DNA of 64,000 nucleotides, from IMG/VR virus record IMGVR_UViG_3300027973_000030, positions 32,001 through 96,000 of that record; one strand, 5' to 3'. Positions 9,833-17,739 of the stretch are shown one piece after another (the stretch's first letter is position 1; the number at the start of each line of letters is the position of its first letter). The stretch comes from a virus. A model generated the notes under the pieces. It was not told the origin of the DNA and searched no databases. It saw nothing but the letters and a program-made list of their open reading frames with translations. A program made the position numbers and the translations under genes.

Positions 9833-10450
9833 TTAAACAATATCTTTTATCTTGCCACACTTAAGACATTCTAATTCACCGTCTCCATCAGCGTCACCCC
9901 AAACGTGTTCACACTGACGATGTGCAAAATATTCATCAATCTTACCATCACCATCAAAGTCTAGACCGTCCATTGTACCGTCACCGTCTTCATCAATTTC
10001 TACACCTTTCTTAACTGGTACAGCAATTGGTTGTTCTGCTTTAACTTCAGCTTTAGAAGCTTGTGATTGAGCATTAGCTCTATCAGCAGCAGCTAAAAAT
10101 GCAGGATCTACTAAAGGTGTATGATCTTTAGGAGACTCTTTCATATCGTTTGTATGAGATAGAGTTACACCATCTTCTTCATCCATTTTCTGTACTAACA
10201 TTTTATCTTTATCTGTATCAGAGAACCAATAATCAATAATTTTACCATAAGAGCCAATAAAAGCTCCTAGTAACAATAATAATAACTCTTTCCATTCTCC
10301 TGCAATAGCAGTACCGTATGTAATAGCAGTAAAAATACCTGCTATAATAAGCATAAAAGAACCTAATACTAACGCTGTAATAAACCAGCGTCTTTGCATC
10401 ATTTCTCCTAACAGTTGTTTAAATCCACCAGATTCTGTGTTGTTTTGCAT
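9833..10450 (-). CDS. two-TM membrane protein with DxDxDG Ca-binding-like loops and C-terminal CxH/CxxC
   Basis: TM helices ending GKIIDYWF; DEDGDG, DFDGDG and DADGDG; CEH...CLKC. Confidence 0.75.
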   Translation of the reverse strand: MQNNTESGGFKQLLGEMMQRRWFITALVLGSFMLIIAGIFTAITYGTAIAGEWKELLLLLLGAFIGSYGKIIDYWFSDTDKDKMLVQKMDEEDGVTLSHTNDMKESPKDHTPLVDPAFLAAADRANAQSQASKAEVKAEQPIAVPVKKGVEIDEDGDGTMDGLDFDGDGKIDEYFAHRQCEHVWGDADGDGELECLKCGKIKDIV

Positions 10451-10467
10451 ATATTTATATTAATTGA

Positions 10468-10770
10468 TTACCACTTTGGAGCTTCTTCTTTAAACTCATC
10501 ACCTTCTTTCTTTTTAACAGGAGCCACAGGTTTAGGATCTGCAGCTTTCTGATTAATAATAACAGTTTTACCTCCAGCAGCTTGAGACTGCTGATTAGAG
10601 TTAGTGATGTTAATAACTGGAGCAGGAGCTGGAGCAGCTGCTTTATCTTCTCCTCCACCAAATAAGGTTGAACCTAACCATGCCCCACCAGCTGTTACAA
10701 CTGTAGCTATAGTACCTAATATTGTTTTTTTTAAACTTGAGCCGGTTGACTCTTCTTTTTCTTCTGACAT
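10468..10770 (-). CDS. small single-TM protein with P/A-rich tail
   Basis: ILGTIATVVTAGGAWLG segment; tightly packed in the operon. Confidence 0.7.
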   Translation of the reverse strand: MSEEKEESTGSSLKKTILGTIATVVTAGGAWLGSTLFGGGEDKAAAPAPAPVINITNSNQQSQAAGGKTVIINQKAADPKPVAPVKKKEGDEFKEEAPKW

Positions 10771-10776
10771 AATATG

Positions 10777-11154
10777 TTATTTTATAATTATTGGATGTTT
10801 AACTTCTTTACCTTTTATATCTATAAAGATAAGATCATAATCTTGCTTAGTCAAGCCAGATAGATCATATACTTTTTTAGTTAATTCTTCTGTAGCAGTA
10901 AAACCCTCTTTCTTAACTGGGTCTTCTTTACCAAATGGTACAATCTGTACAGAATATTTAGCTCCAACTGTTGTCTCAAACTCAGCTGTAATGCTGTTAC
11001 CCACTTGAGTGATAGACTTGATAGCCGTAGACTCGGATTTAACACCTAAATTAATAGGTTCTGGAGCTGGGATATCTATTTTAGTACAAGCATATAAAAT
11101 GACTGTCACTATAATAAGAAGATATACCACTAATAGTTTACTAGTTTCTTTCAT
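10777..11154 (-). CDS. lipoprotein with T9SS C-terminal-domain-like Ig fold
   Basis: Hydrophobic leader with LYAC lipobox; YDLSGLTKQDYDLIF...GKEVKHPIIIK resembles the type A T9SS sorting domain. Confidence 0.6.
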   Translation of the reverse strand: MKETSKLLVVYLLIIVTVILYACTKIDIPAPEPINLGVKSESTAIKSITQVGNSITAEFETTVGAKYSVQIVPFGKEDPVKKEGFTATEELTKKVYDLSGLTKQDYDLIFIDIKGKEVKHPIIIK

Positions 11155-11155
11155 T

Positions 11156-13288
11156 TTAAAAATTGTTATAACCGGTTAACTTAATTTGTGTAGAGTTAAG
11201 ATTTATTCCTAACTGATTTCCTTTAGAATCTGCAGCATCCATAAGAGGTGAAACTTTTACAGATGTAACAATGTTTACACCTTCACCAATTGTGCTAAAC
11301 TTAAGTTTAAATGGAGTGTTAGTTCCTTTAATAAACTCAGAGTTATTCTTATCTAAACCTCCAAACTTTACACGTCCATCTTTAGAACTAGCAAATACAT
11401 ACCAAGTGTTTGGTACATTACTTGTAAGCTCTTCAAATTTTATTTTAGCTGGATCAAATGTAAATTCAAACTGTAAACCAGAAACACTAGAAGTTTTAGC
11501 ATCTATATTTACTGGAATCTCAATTGTATTAGAAGTAACTGTTAAGTTATTTAAGTTTACATCAATATAACTAATATCAGCCGTAGAATTCATTGAAGTT
11601 CCTGTAGACTGTGCTTGTATAGACATAGTTTTAAATGCTGAGTTAGTAGCTAAGCTATTTACAGCATTTGTTTGTACAGTTGCTGTACCTGCAGAGCTTG
11701 TAACTACCTGCGAAGAGTGAGATCTGTTTACATCACCCCATAAAAGATATTTAAGGTCTAAGAAGGCATTAGTACCAAGAGTACCTGTTTTAAAATAAGT
11801 CTTAGGATAAGTAATATTCTTCCAGTTAGCTGCAGTGATGGTCCCCCATGAATGGTTAACATCTACATCAAATTCAAATTCTGCTTTTAAAGCATAATCC
11901 ACACCTTGACCATTAATATCACGTATAGAACTTACATATAACGAAGTACCGTCTTTAGCTTTAATAAGTGTTGAAGGTACAGTGTATTGGGCCCAAGTAC
12001 CATCATTAGATACATATTCAACTGGTCCAGTGTATATATCAAATAACTGAACACTTTTAACAGTGCTAGCTACTGAACTACTAGGAAATTCTCTCATATC
12101 AATACGTAATGTACTTGATGTAGAACCAGGAGTTACATATCCCCATTCTGCTTGACCTGCAATAGTTGTAACATCAGATGCTTTCCATGTAGGAAGACTC
12201 ATATAACCACCGCTACCTGAAGTGTAAGTACTAGGTAACATCATTAGCGTATCTAAACCCGCCACTTGTGCAAGAAGTTTAGGAAGATCACCACCATCTA
12301 TTGTTCTACTACGATTAATATCTGCAGCGTATAATGACTGTCCAGTTTTAATACTCTGACCGTTAGATCCGTCCAGTCCCATAGATGTAAATTCACCTTG
12401 AGCTGTAGTAAAATCAGATATAGTGATTGCATTACTATACATAGTATACAATTTATCTAACTCATGCATTACAGTAACCTCATACACTTTATCAGCAGAT
12501 AAAGAAGCTTGATTGATATCAACTTCACCTGTAGACGTAACAGGGAACATCACTCCTGTATTAGTAAGAGTATCTCTAAATGATACTTTTACATTAGATA
12601 TGCTATACAAGTTAGTATTTAAATCTACTTTAGCTGTTACATACTTACCATAGTTTTGGTTCATGATAACTGCTGTAGATAATGGATTTTCCATTGTAGT
12701 ATTATCATATTGACCAGATCCGTTCCATCCAGCAACAAAGTTTAACTTAATAGGATTAAAAGTGTATGCAGTGGAAGCAGCTTTAAGTCTAAACTTAATC
12801 TTAATAAAATCACTATAACCACTATAAGGCATAGCTGATGTAGTAGACCAAGTAAGCGTAGTTCTTAAAATAGCATATGGATTAGTTGTACCATAGTTAT
12901 AATTAGCGTATTGATAGTTAGTAGTACCATTAGTAGTAGTATTAGCTGCATTACCTGTTGCTACAGGAATAAAATTATAACCAGGATAGTTATAATAAGA
13001 AAGGTTAATAGTAGAGTTCTGAGGTAAAATACCACCGTTTCCACCTGTACCTGTGTGATTAACAGATACTAACTCAAAAACATCTCTGTCATATTGTACA
13101 TCAAATAATAACTGACGAGTAGTGGCATTGTTCATACCATTACCATAAATCACATAATCAAAAACGTCTCCTCTATTAAGAGAAGACCCACCTACATAAG
13201 TAGCAGCTTTGAACTTTTGTTGACTATACGAAAATGTCGCAATAAGTACTAAAAGTGTCGTAAAAAATGTCGTAATAAATTTTCTCAT
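11156..13288 (-). CDS. secreted cohesin / dockerin-like domain protein
   Basis: Signal peptide; N- and C-terminal cohesin-like beta sandwiches (LLFDVQYD; VSGLQFEFTFDP...FKLKF); dockerin-like ADINRSRTIDGGDL and GDVNRS loops. Confidence 0.7.
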   Translation of the reverse strand: MRKFITTFFTTLLVLIATFSYSQQKFKAATYVGGSSLNRGDVFDYVIYGNGMNNATTRQLLFDVQYDRDVFELVSVNHTGTGGNGGILPQNSTINLSYYNYPGYNFIPVATGNAANTTTNGTTNYQYANYNYGTTNPYAILRTTLTWSTTSAMPYSGYSDFIKIKFRLKAASTAYTFNPIKLNFVAGWNGSGQYDNTTMENPLSTAVIMNQNYGKYVTAKVDLNTNLYSISNVKVSFRDTLTNTGVMFPVTSTGEVDINQASLSADKVYEVTVMHELDKLYTMYSNAITISDFTTAQGEFTSMGLDGSNGQSIKTGQSLYAADINRSRTIDGGDLPKLLAQVAGLDTLMMLPSTYTSGSGGYMSLPTWKASDVTTIAGQAEWGYVTPGSTSSTLRIDMREFPSSSVASTVKSVQLFDIYTGPVEYVSNDGTWAQYTVPSTLIKAKDGTSLYVSSIRDINGQGVDYALKAEFEFDVDVNHSWGTITAANWKNITYPKTYFKTGTLGTNAFLDLKYLLWGDVNRSHSSQVVTSSAGTATVQTNAVNSLATNSAFKTMSIQAQSTGTSMNSTADISYIDVNLNNLTVTSNTIEIPVNIDAKTSSVSGLQFEFTFDPAKIKFEELTSNVPNTWYVFASSKDGRVKFGGLDKNNSEFIKGTNTPFKLKFSTIGEGVNIVTSVKVSPLMDAADSKGNQLGINLNSTQIKLTGYNNF

Positions 13289-13932
13289 TATAATAGTTTA
13301 TTTACCAATGAAACAGAAGCTTTCTTTAGAGCTGAACTTAAATTTTGTTGGTTAAACTTACCTCCCTCATCTACAAGAAGAGCGGACATACTTACCTCAT
13401 CAGCAGATTCCTCAACAGTTACTTTCTTCTCAAGTTTACCATCTTTGTATAGGTATCCTCTAAGTCTAATAACAACTGACTCTTTATTATTATGTAATAC
13501 TGAAAAACTAGATTGTGTTTTTAATACATCTAGATATATAATTTCTGCTGTAATTTTTAAATTAGAAGCTTTATCTAGTTCATATTCTTTTTCTTGAACT
13601 ACTTCTTCTAATATATTCTTTAGACCAAACTCTAGATTACGATTACCAGCTAAAGAACCTACAACAACTTTATTAGTTACAGATGATATATCTATCTTTT
13701 TAGGTTCTTCATACCAAATATTACCTGGACTGTCTTTAAAGGTTCCATCAAATGTCCAACTAAACCAGTTAGAAATGGCCATAGTCTTTTCTACTTGTCC
13801 TGAAAAGTGCAGGTACACCATATAACCCTCAAAGGTTAATGCAAATGCTAGCCATAGTCCTACAAAGACTAAAAAAGCTTTACCTATTAGGTCAAATAAC
13901 TTTTGGCTGTAATTAATAACGAGTGCTCTCAT
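13288..13932 (-). CDS. membrane-anchored CsgG/TolB-N-like fold protein
   Basis: N-terminal TM; LEFGLKNILEEVVQ...ITAEIIY...SALKKASVSLV resembles a CsgG-like alpha/beta domain. Confidence 0.5.
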   Translation of the reverse strand: MRALVINYSQKLFDLIGKAFLVFVGLWLAFALTFEGYMVYLHFSGQVEKTMAISNWFSWTFDGTFKDSPGNIWYEEPKKIDISSVTNKVVVGSLAGNRNLEFGLKNILEEVVQEKEYELDKASNLKITAEIIYLDVLKTQSSFSVLHNNKESVVIRLRGYLYKDGKLEKKVTVEESADEVSMSALLVDEGGKFNQQNLSSALKKASVSLVNKLL

Positions 13933-13965
13933 ATCTCTATATATTTATTAGAGAGCTTAGTAGTA

Positions 13966-14091
13966 TTATCTACCCTGCCCTCTATATTTACTAACTTTTT
14001 TAGCTTTAGGACCATTACTTTTACGTAAACGTCCACCTTTTCTTTTTCCAAAAGTGACTTTTCTTGAGTCACCAACTTTAGTTTTAGCCAT
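13966..14091 (-). CDS. small highly basic peptide (KYRGQG type), not in ORF track
   Basis: Translated by hand: MAKTKVGDSRKVTFGKRKGGRLRKSNGPKAKKVSKYRGQGR*. Confidence 0.75.
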   Translation of the reverse strand: MAKTKVGDSRKVTFGKRKGGRLRKSNGPKAKKVSKYRGQGR

Positions 14092-14103
14092 TATTTGTTG
14101 GTT

Positions 14104-14703
14104 TTATGCAAGTAATGCATGATATTCTTGAAAGTGTTTGATACGATCAGGTAAACCTATAGTACCGCCATTAACTCTTTTAGTTATTTTAGTTACTACT
14201 TCAGAACTAGATCCTGTATCTGCAATTAGATTTAAACCATTCTTTTTCCAGAACCATGCTGCAGAAGCTAACGCATGCTTAGAAGAAACTAAGTCTGGAT
14301 TAGCAAGAATATCATCTTCTACGGCTAGATCAAATGCAGTGTAGTTTTGTTTACCAGTTAACTGAATATAACCTCTTCCACGGAATTTATAACCTTCACC
14401 TGAAGCTTCTAATCCATTACCCATTCTACCACCGTATACACGGTTAGCAATCTTTTCTGGTTTACGAGCGTAAGCATCAGCTAATGCTTGAGTAGGAAAG
14501 TATTTCTTAAAAATACCCATAAGACCTTTAGCTGAGTAGTTAAGGTTTTCTTGAGTAAGTCTGAATCCACCAGATTCATGACCACACTGTGCTAAAAAAT
14601 GTGCAAGACGTAAAGACGTATTTACACCAAACGTATCTATGACAGCCGGGATCTGTGCAATTACAGTATCCGGAACATGCCCCCTAAGCTTTTCTAAATT
14701 CAT
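14104..14703 (-). CDS. glycoside hydrolase family 19 endolysin
   Basis: AHFLAQCGHESGG, ENLNYS, FRGRGYIQLTG, AAWFW and ITKRVNGG motifs. Confidence 0.93.
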   Translation of the reverse strand: MNLEKLRGHVPDTVIAQIPAVIDTFGVNTSLRLAHFLAQCGHESGGFRLTQENLNYSAKGLMGIFKKYFPTQALADAYARKPEKIANRVYGGRMGNGLEASGEGYKFRGRGYIQLTGKQNYTAFDLAVEDDILANPDLVSSKHALASAAWFWKKNGLNLIADTGSSSEVVTKITKRVNGGTIGLPDRIKHFQEYHALLA

Positions 14704-14719
14704 ATGTATAGTGTGTTTA

Positions 14720-14863
14720 TTACTTCTTCTTCTTACTAGCAGTACCAGACTTAATCTTTACTGATGTTTTCTTAACTTCGTTAGCAACTTGAGCTGCAGC
14801 TACTGCTTTCTCAACCTTGCTACCAAATAATAACTTCTTAACTAATTCAATAATCTTTTTCAT
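14720..14863 (-). CDS. small basic protein
   Basis: MKKIIELVKKLLFG...SKKKK, with ATG at 14863 immediately after the upstream stop. Confidence 0.6.
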   Translation of the reverse strand: MKKIIELVKKLLFGSKVEKAVAAAQVANEVKKTSVKIKSGTASKKKK

Positions 14864-14864
14864 A

Positions 14865-15491
14865 TTATTTTGTTTTTTTACCAATCTTCCAGTATGTCTG
14901 GAAACCATAAGATATATTACCATTGACATCAGATCCGGCTTTTAAACCATAGATCTTGTCTGATTTAGTTTTTAATATTAATCCTGCTTCTGCAGAATGT
15001 AATCCTAATGTTTGTGTTGTATTAACACCACCACCTACGTATAACTGATTCTTTGGTTTAGCATAATTAGTAACCGTAACTGTTTTAGTAACAAACGGTA
15101 TCTTATAATTATACTGCCAGGATCTACCTATAATTTTATTTTCTCTTACAGAATCTGTAACTGAAACATAACCTAGTGTATCTAGCTTTACACTGTCAAT
15201 GTATATAGCTAATGCTGTATAACTTTTAACAAGATTATCAAACTGTATCTTTAGAGCTGCATAATTAGTATCAGCTAGATATTCAGTTTTACCTTCTATA
15301 AATAAGCTATCATGTATAATCTTAGCCGGCTTAGGTTTAGCAAAGATTAAGCTATCATGAACTGACCAAGTAGTATCATGTACTACAAGAGTATCAGACC
15401 CTTGATGACTAGCTCCACCTATACAACCTTTATTCTGTAAAAGAACAAAGACTACTAGTACACCTATAATGAAAAAATATATTTTATTCAT
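14865..15491 (-). CDS. spanin-like / lysis accessory protein
   Basis: N-terminal TM, DT/DS-rich Bacteroidota-type stalk and C-terminal beta strands ending YWKI; lies between the holin-like gene and the endolysin. Confidence 0.55.
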   Translation of the reverse strand: MNKIYFFIIGVLVVFVLLQNKGCIGGASHQGSDTLVVHDTTWSVHDSLIFAKPKPAKIIHDSLFIEGKTEYLADTNYAALKIQFDNLVKSYTALAIYIDSVKLDTLGYVSVTDSVRENKIIGRSWQYNYKIPFVTKTVTVTNYAKPKNQLYVGGGVNTTQTLGLHSAEAGLILKTKSDKIYGLKAGSDVNGNISYGFQTYWKIGKKTK

Positions 15492-15726
15492 CTACTTTCT
15501 TTTTAAATGAGAACTTATCTCCAGTGTCACCAATTAATGCTGCTATGCAGATGTACATTACTGACTCTACTAAAGCATCTGAAGGTTTAATATCACCATG
15601 AGAAAAGCTATTAGCAGTTAATGTAACACATAGAAACAGTGCACACATAAAACCTACAACAGGTTTAATGGATGTGGTTCCACGCTCATCTTTGAAAAGA
15701 TCTAAAACCCATTGTTTAAAAGTCAT
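15484..15726 (-). CDS. putative holin
   Basis: 80 aa, two TM segments, charged C-terminus, located in the lysis cassette. Confidence 0.6.
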   Translation of the reverse strand: MTFKQWVLDLFKDERGTTSIKPVVGFMCALFLCVTLTANSFSHGDIKPSDALVESVMYICIAALIGDTGDKFSFKKKVDE

Positions 15727-16024
15727 ACTTAATTGTTTTATAATATTTACCTTTTAACGTTTTGTTATCAGGCAGAACAGCTAGAACTTGTTGAAAATCA
15801 ATAAGTTGTTTAGTAGGTTCTTCTGGAACACTTGCAGTTTTAAACATCTGACGCTCTAAATTATCAATCCTGGTCTTGTCTATATTAGACTGAGCCATTA
15901 ATAACTTTACATCAGATTTTATTTCGTTTACATCATTCCATATGAGTAAACTAACTAAAGATACTAGTGTAGGAAACACCCACACTTTAAAAGCTGCTAT
16001 AGACGGGTTTTCTCTAGGAGTCAT
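15716..16024 (-). CDS. single-TM coiled-coil protein (holin/antiholin-like)
   Basis: N-terminal TM followed by a heptad region (RIDNLE). Confidence 0.55.
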   Translation of the reverse strand: MTPRENPSIAAFKVWVFPTLVSLVSLLIWNDVNEIKSDVKLLMAQSNIDKTRIDNLERQMFKTASVPEEPTKQLIDFQQVLAVLPDNKTLKGKYYKTIKYDF

Positions 16025-16033
16025 TGCATTACC

Positions 16034-16303
16034 TTATTTAGTAGGTTGAAACTCATAAACTAGACCAGCAGGCTTTTTTAAGCTAGCAATCAATGAGTTA
16101 GCAATGATTTTACCATTTCTGTCTTTACGTACAAAATATCTCATACTATTCTCACGAATGTTTTGAGGACTTGTAATAGTATCAGCAGCTGGAATCTCAA
16201 TAGTATCTACTGGAACTGGTTGTTCAGCAGAGATACTTTGCATTGTACCCGGAATAGGATATCCTAAATAATCCTTTTGGGCATAAAACTTTTTAGTTAC
16301 CAT
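16034..16303 (-). CDS. hypothetical protein, first gene of the - strand operon
   Basis: 89-aa ORF with an internal two-repeat look (FYAQKDYLGYPIPG / YFVRKDRNGKIIAN). Confidence 0.7.
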   Translation of the reverse strand: MVTKKFYAQKDYLGYPIPGTMQSISAEQPVPVDTIEIPAADTITSPQNIRENSMRYFVRKDRNGKIIANSLIASLKKPAGLVYEFQPTK

Positions 16304-16360
16304 GTTATAAACGATTTATATATAAACTTAGAATATGTAGAATTTCTATAATCCCTACAT

Positions 16361-16372
16361 TATAATATACAA
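16361..16372 (-). promoter_or_regulatory. candidate late-promoter motif TTGTATATTATA
   Basis: An identical 12-mer occurs at 55564-55575; both lie upstream of - strand late genes. Confidence 0.45.
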
Positions 16373-16390
16373 AATATCAGTCAGATTATC

Positions 16391-16398
16391 TACATTTG
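16391..16398 (+). promoter_or_regulatory. Bacteroidota-type -7 element TACATTTG
   Basis: TAnnTTTG 24 nt upstream of the first replication-operon ATG. Confidence 0.55.
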
Positions 16399-16422
16399 TG
16401 CATAAAACCTCAAAATTAAGTT

Positions 16423-16959
16423 ATGGAAAACAAAGAGTACGCCTACGCACTACAAGAAAAACTAGTTTCTGAGTTCAGGCAGACATTTTATGAAAAATTA
16501 GGTTATTACCCAATCATTATTACGGAAATACAGACATCTAGCGGTGAATATAAGCCGATAATGACACTAGAAAAGCTAAAAACTATGTTTGATAAGTTTC
16601 TACCAGAAAGACATAACATAAAGCTTAAACTAGAATGCAAACACAGATATAGAGAAATAGTAGAATTAAGACATATCTACTGCTACATAGCAAGAGGTAT
16701 GAAATATGGTCTTAAAATAATAGGTCAGACAATAGGAAACAGAGATCACACCACTGTAATCCATAATGTAAACGTTTTCAATGACTTATACGAAACAAGC
16801 TATGAGTTTCGTGCTAAATATGCAACCATCGTTAAATATATAAAAGATAATCATGAGCCTTCAATTATGGACTACGTGCAGAAAGTACAGCTTGACCCCG
16901 AACCAAATGTTTTTGCTGGATTGTTACAACAGCAGCATAATGCCGGGGACGCTGATTAA
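16423..16959 (+). CDS. DnaA C-terminal (domain IV) HTH-containing protein
   Basis: REIVELRHIYCY...IGQTIGNRDHTTVIH matches the DnaA signature RDHTTV. Confidence 0.8.
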   Translation: MENKEYAYALQEKLVSEFRQTFYEKLGYYPIIITEIQTSSGEYKPIMTLEKLKTMFDKFLPERHNIKLKLECKHRYREIVELRHIYCYIARGMKYGLKIIGQTIGNRDHTTVIHNVNVFNDLYETSYEFRAKYATIVKYIKDNHEPSIMDYVQKVQLDPEPNVFAGLLQQQHNAGDAD

Positions 16960-17461
16960 TGAAGATGCAGAATTACTACTGTGTCAGAAAATGGGAGTTA
17001 TAGACATGAGCGGAAAACTTACACCAATAGGTTTACAAGCTCTTGAAGAGTTCAAAACATTTCAAACAAAGACTAAAACTAAAGTAACCACTGAAGTTTT
17101 AGGTAAAGATTTCTTAGCTAAAGTAAAAGAGTATTTAAACATATTTCCAGACTCTACTAAGTTAAATGGAGGAAGAATACCTACATCAAAAGAACTTGCT
17201 AGACAAGGTATAGATGAAATAAAAGATAAATTTGTAAAATTTAGAAAAGCATATCCAAATTATAGTTGGGATCTTATACTAGACGCCACAGAATATTATG
17301 TGTATTTAAAGAGTTTAGATGATTATAACTATATGGTTACCAGTAGTTATTTTATTAGAAAAACAGATCCTCGTACAAAAGAAGTAGCTTCTAAATTAGC
17401 TGACCATTGTCAACTATTAATTGACAATCCAAATATTTTAAAAGATTTACAAGATAGTTAG
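16853..17461 (+). CDS. hypothetical protein, possibly replication initiator or helicase loader
   Basis: 202 aa with a wHTH-like N-terminus, upstream of DnaB. Confidence 0.6.
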   Translation: MSLQLWTTCRKYSLTPNQMFLLDCYNSSIMPGTLINEDAELLLCQKMGVIDMSGKLTPIGLQALEEFKTFQTKTKTKVTTEVLGKDFLAKVKEYLNIFPDSTKLNGGRIPTSKELARQGIDEIKDKFVKFRKAYPNYSWDLILDATEYYVYLKSLDDYNYMVTSSYFIRKTDPRTKEVASKLADHCQLLIDNPNILKDLQDS

Positions 17462-17511
17462 TTTATTTTTAGGAAAAGTAGTATATTTACAATACAAAAC
17501 ACATAAATACA

Positions 17512-17739
17512 ATGACAGAAAAAAACATCACTTCAGACGAAGAGGCTCAAATTCTTGAGCTCTATGAAAAAGTAACAGTAACAATCCCAGGACTTAACAC
17601 AGAAATTAGAGCTATCAGTTTTGATGGTTTTAAACTTGCTGTAGAACAAATGATGCAAATAGCTGACTTAAAAGGTAAGCTAGAAGCGTTAGATGTTTCA
17701 TTAAAAGCTATTAGATCAGCTAAAATAGCTGAACTATGA
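17512..17739 (+). CDS. hypothetical protein
   Basis: 75 aa; ATGA overlap with the helicase gene. Confidence 0.65.
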   Translation: MTEKNITSDEEAQILELYEKVTVTIPGLNTEIRAISFDGFKLAVEQMMQIADLKGKLEALDVSLKAIRSAKIAEL

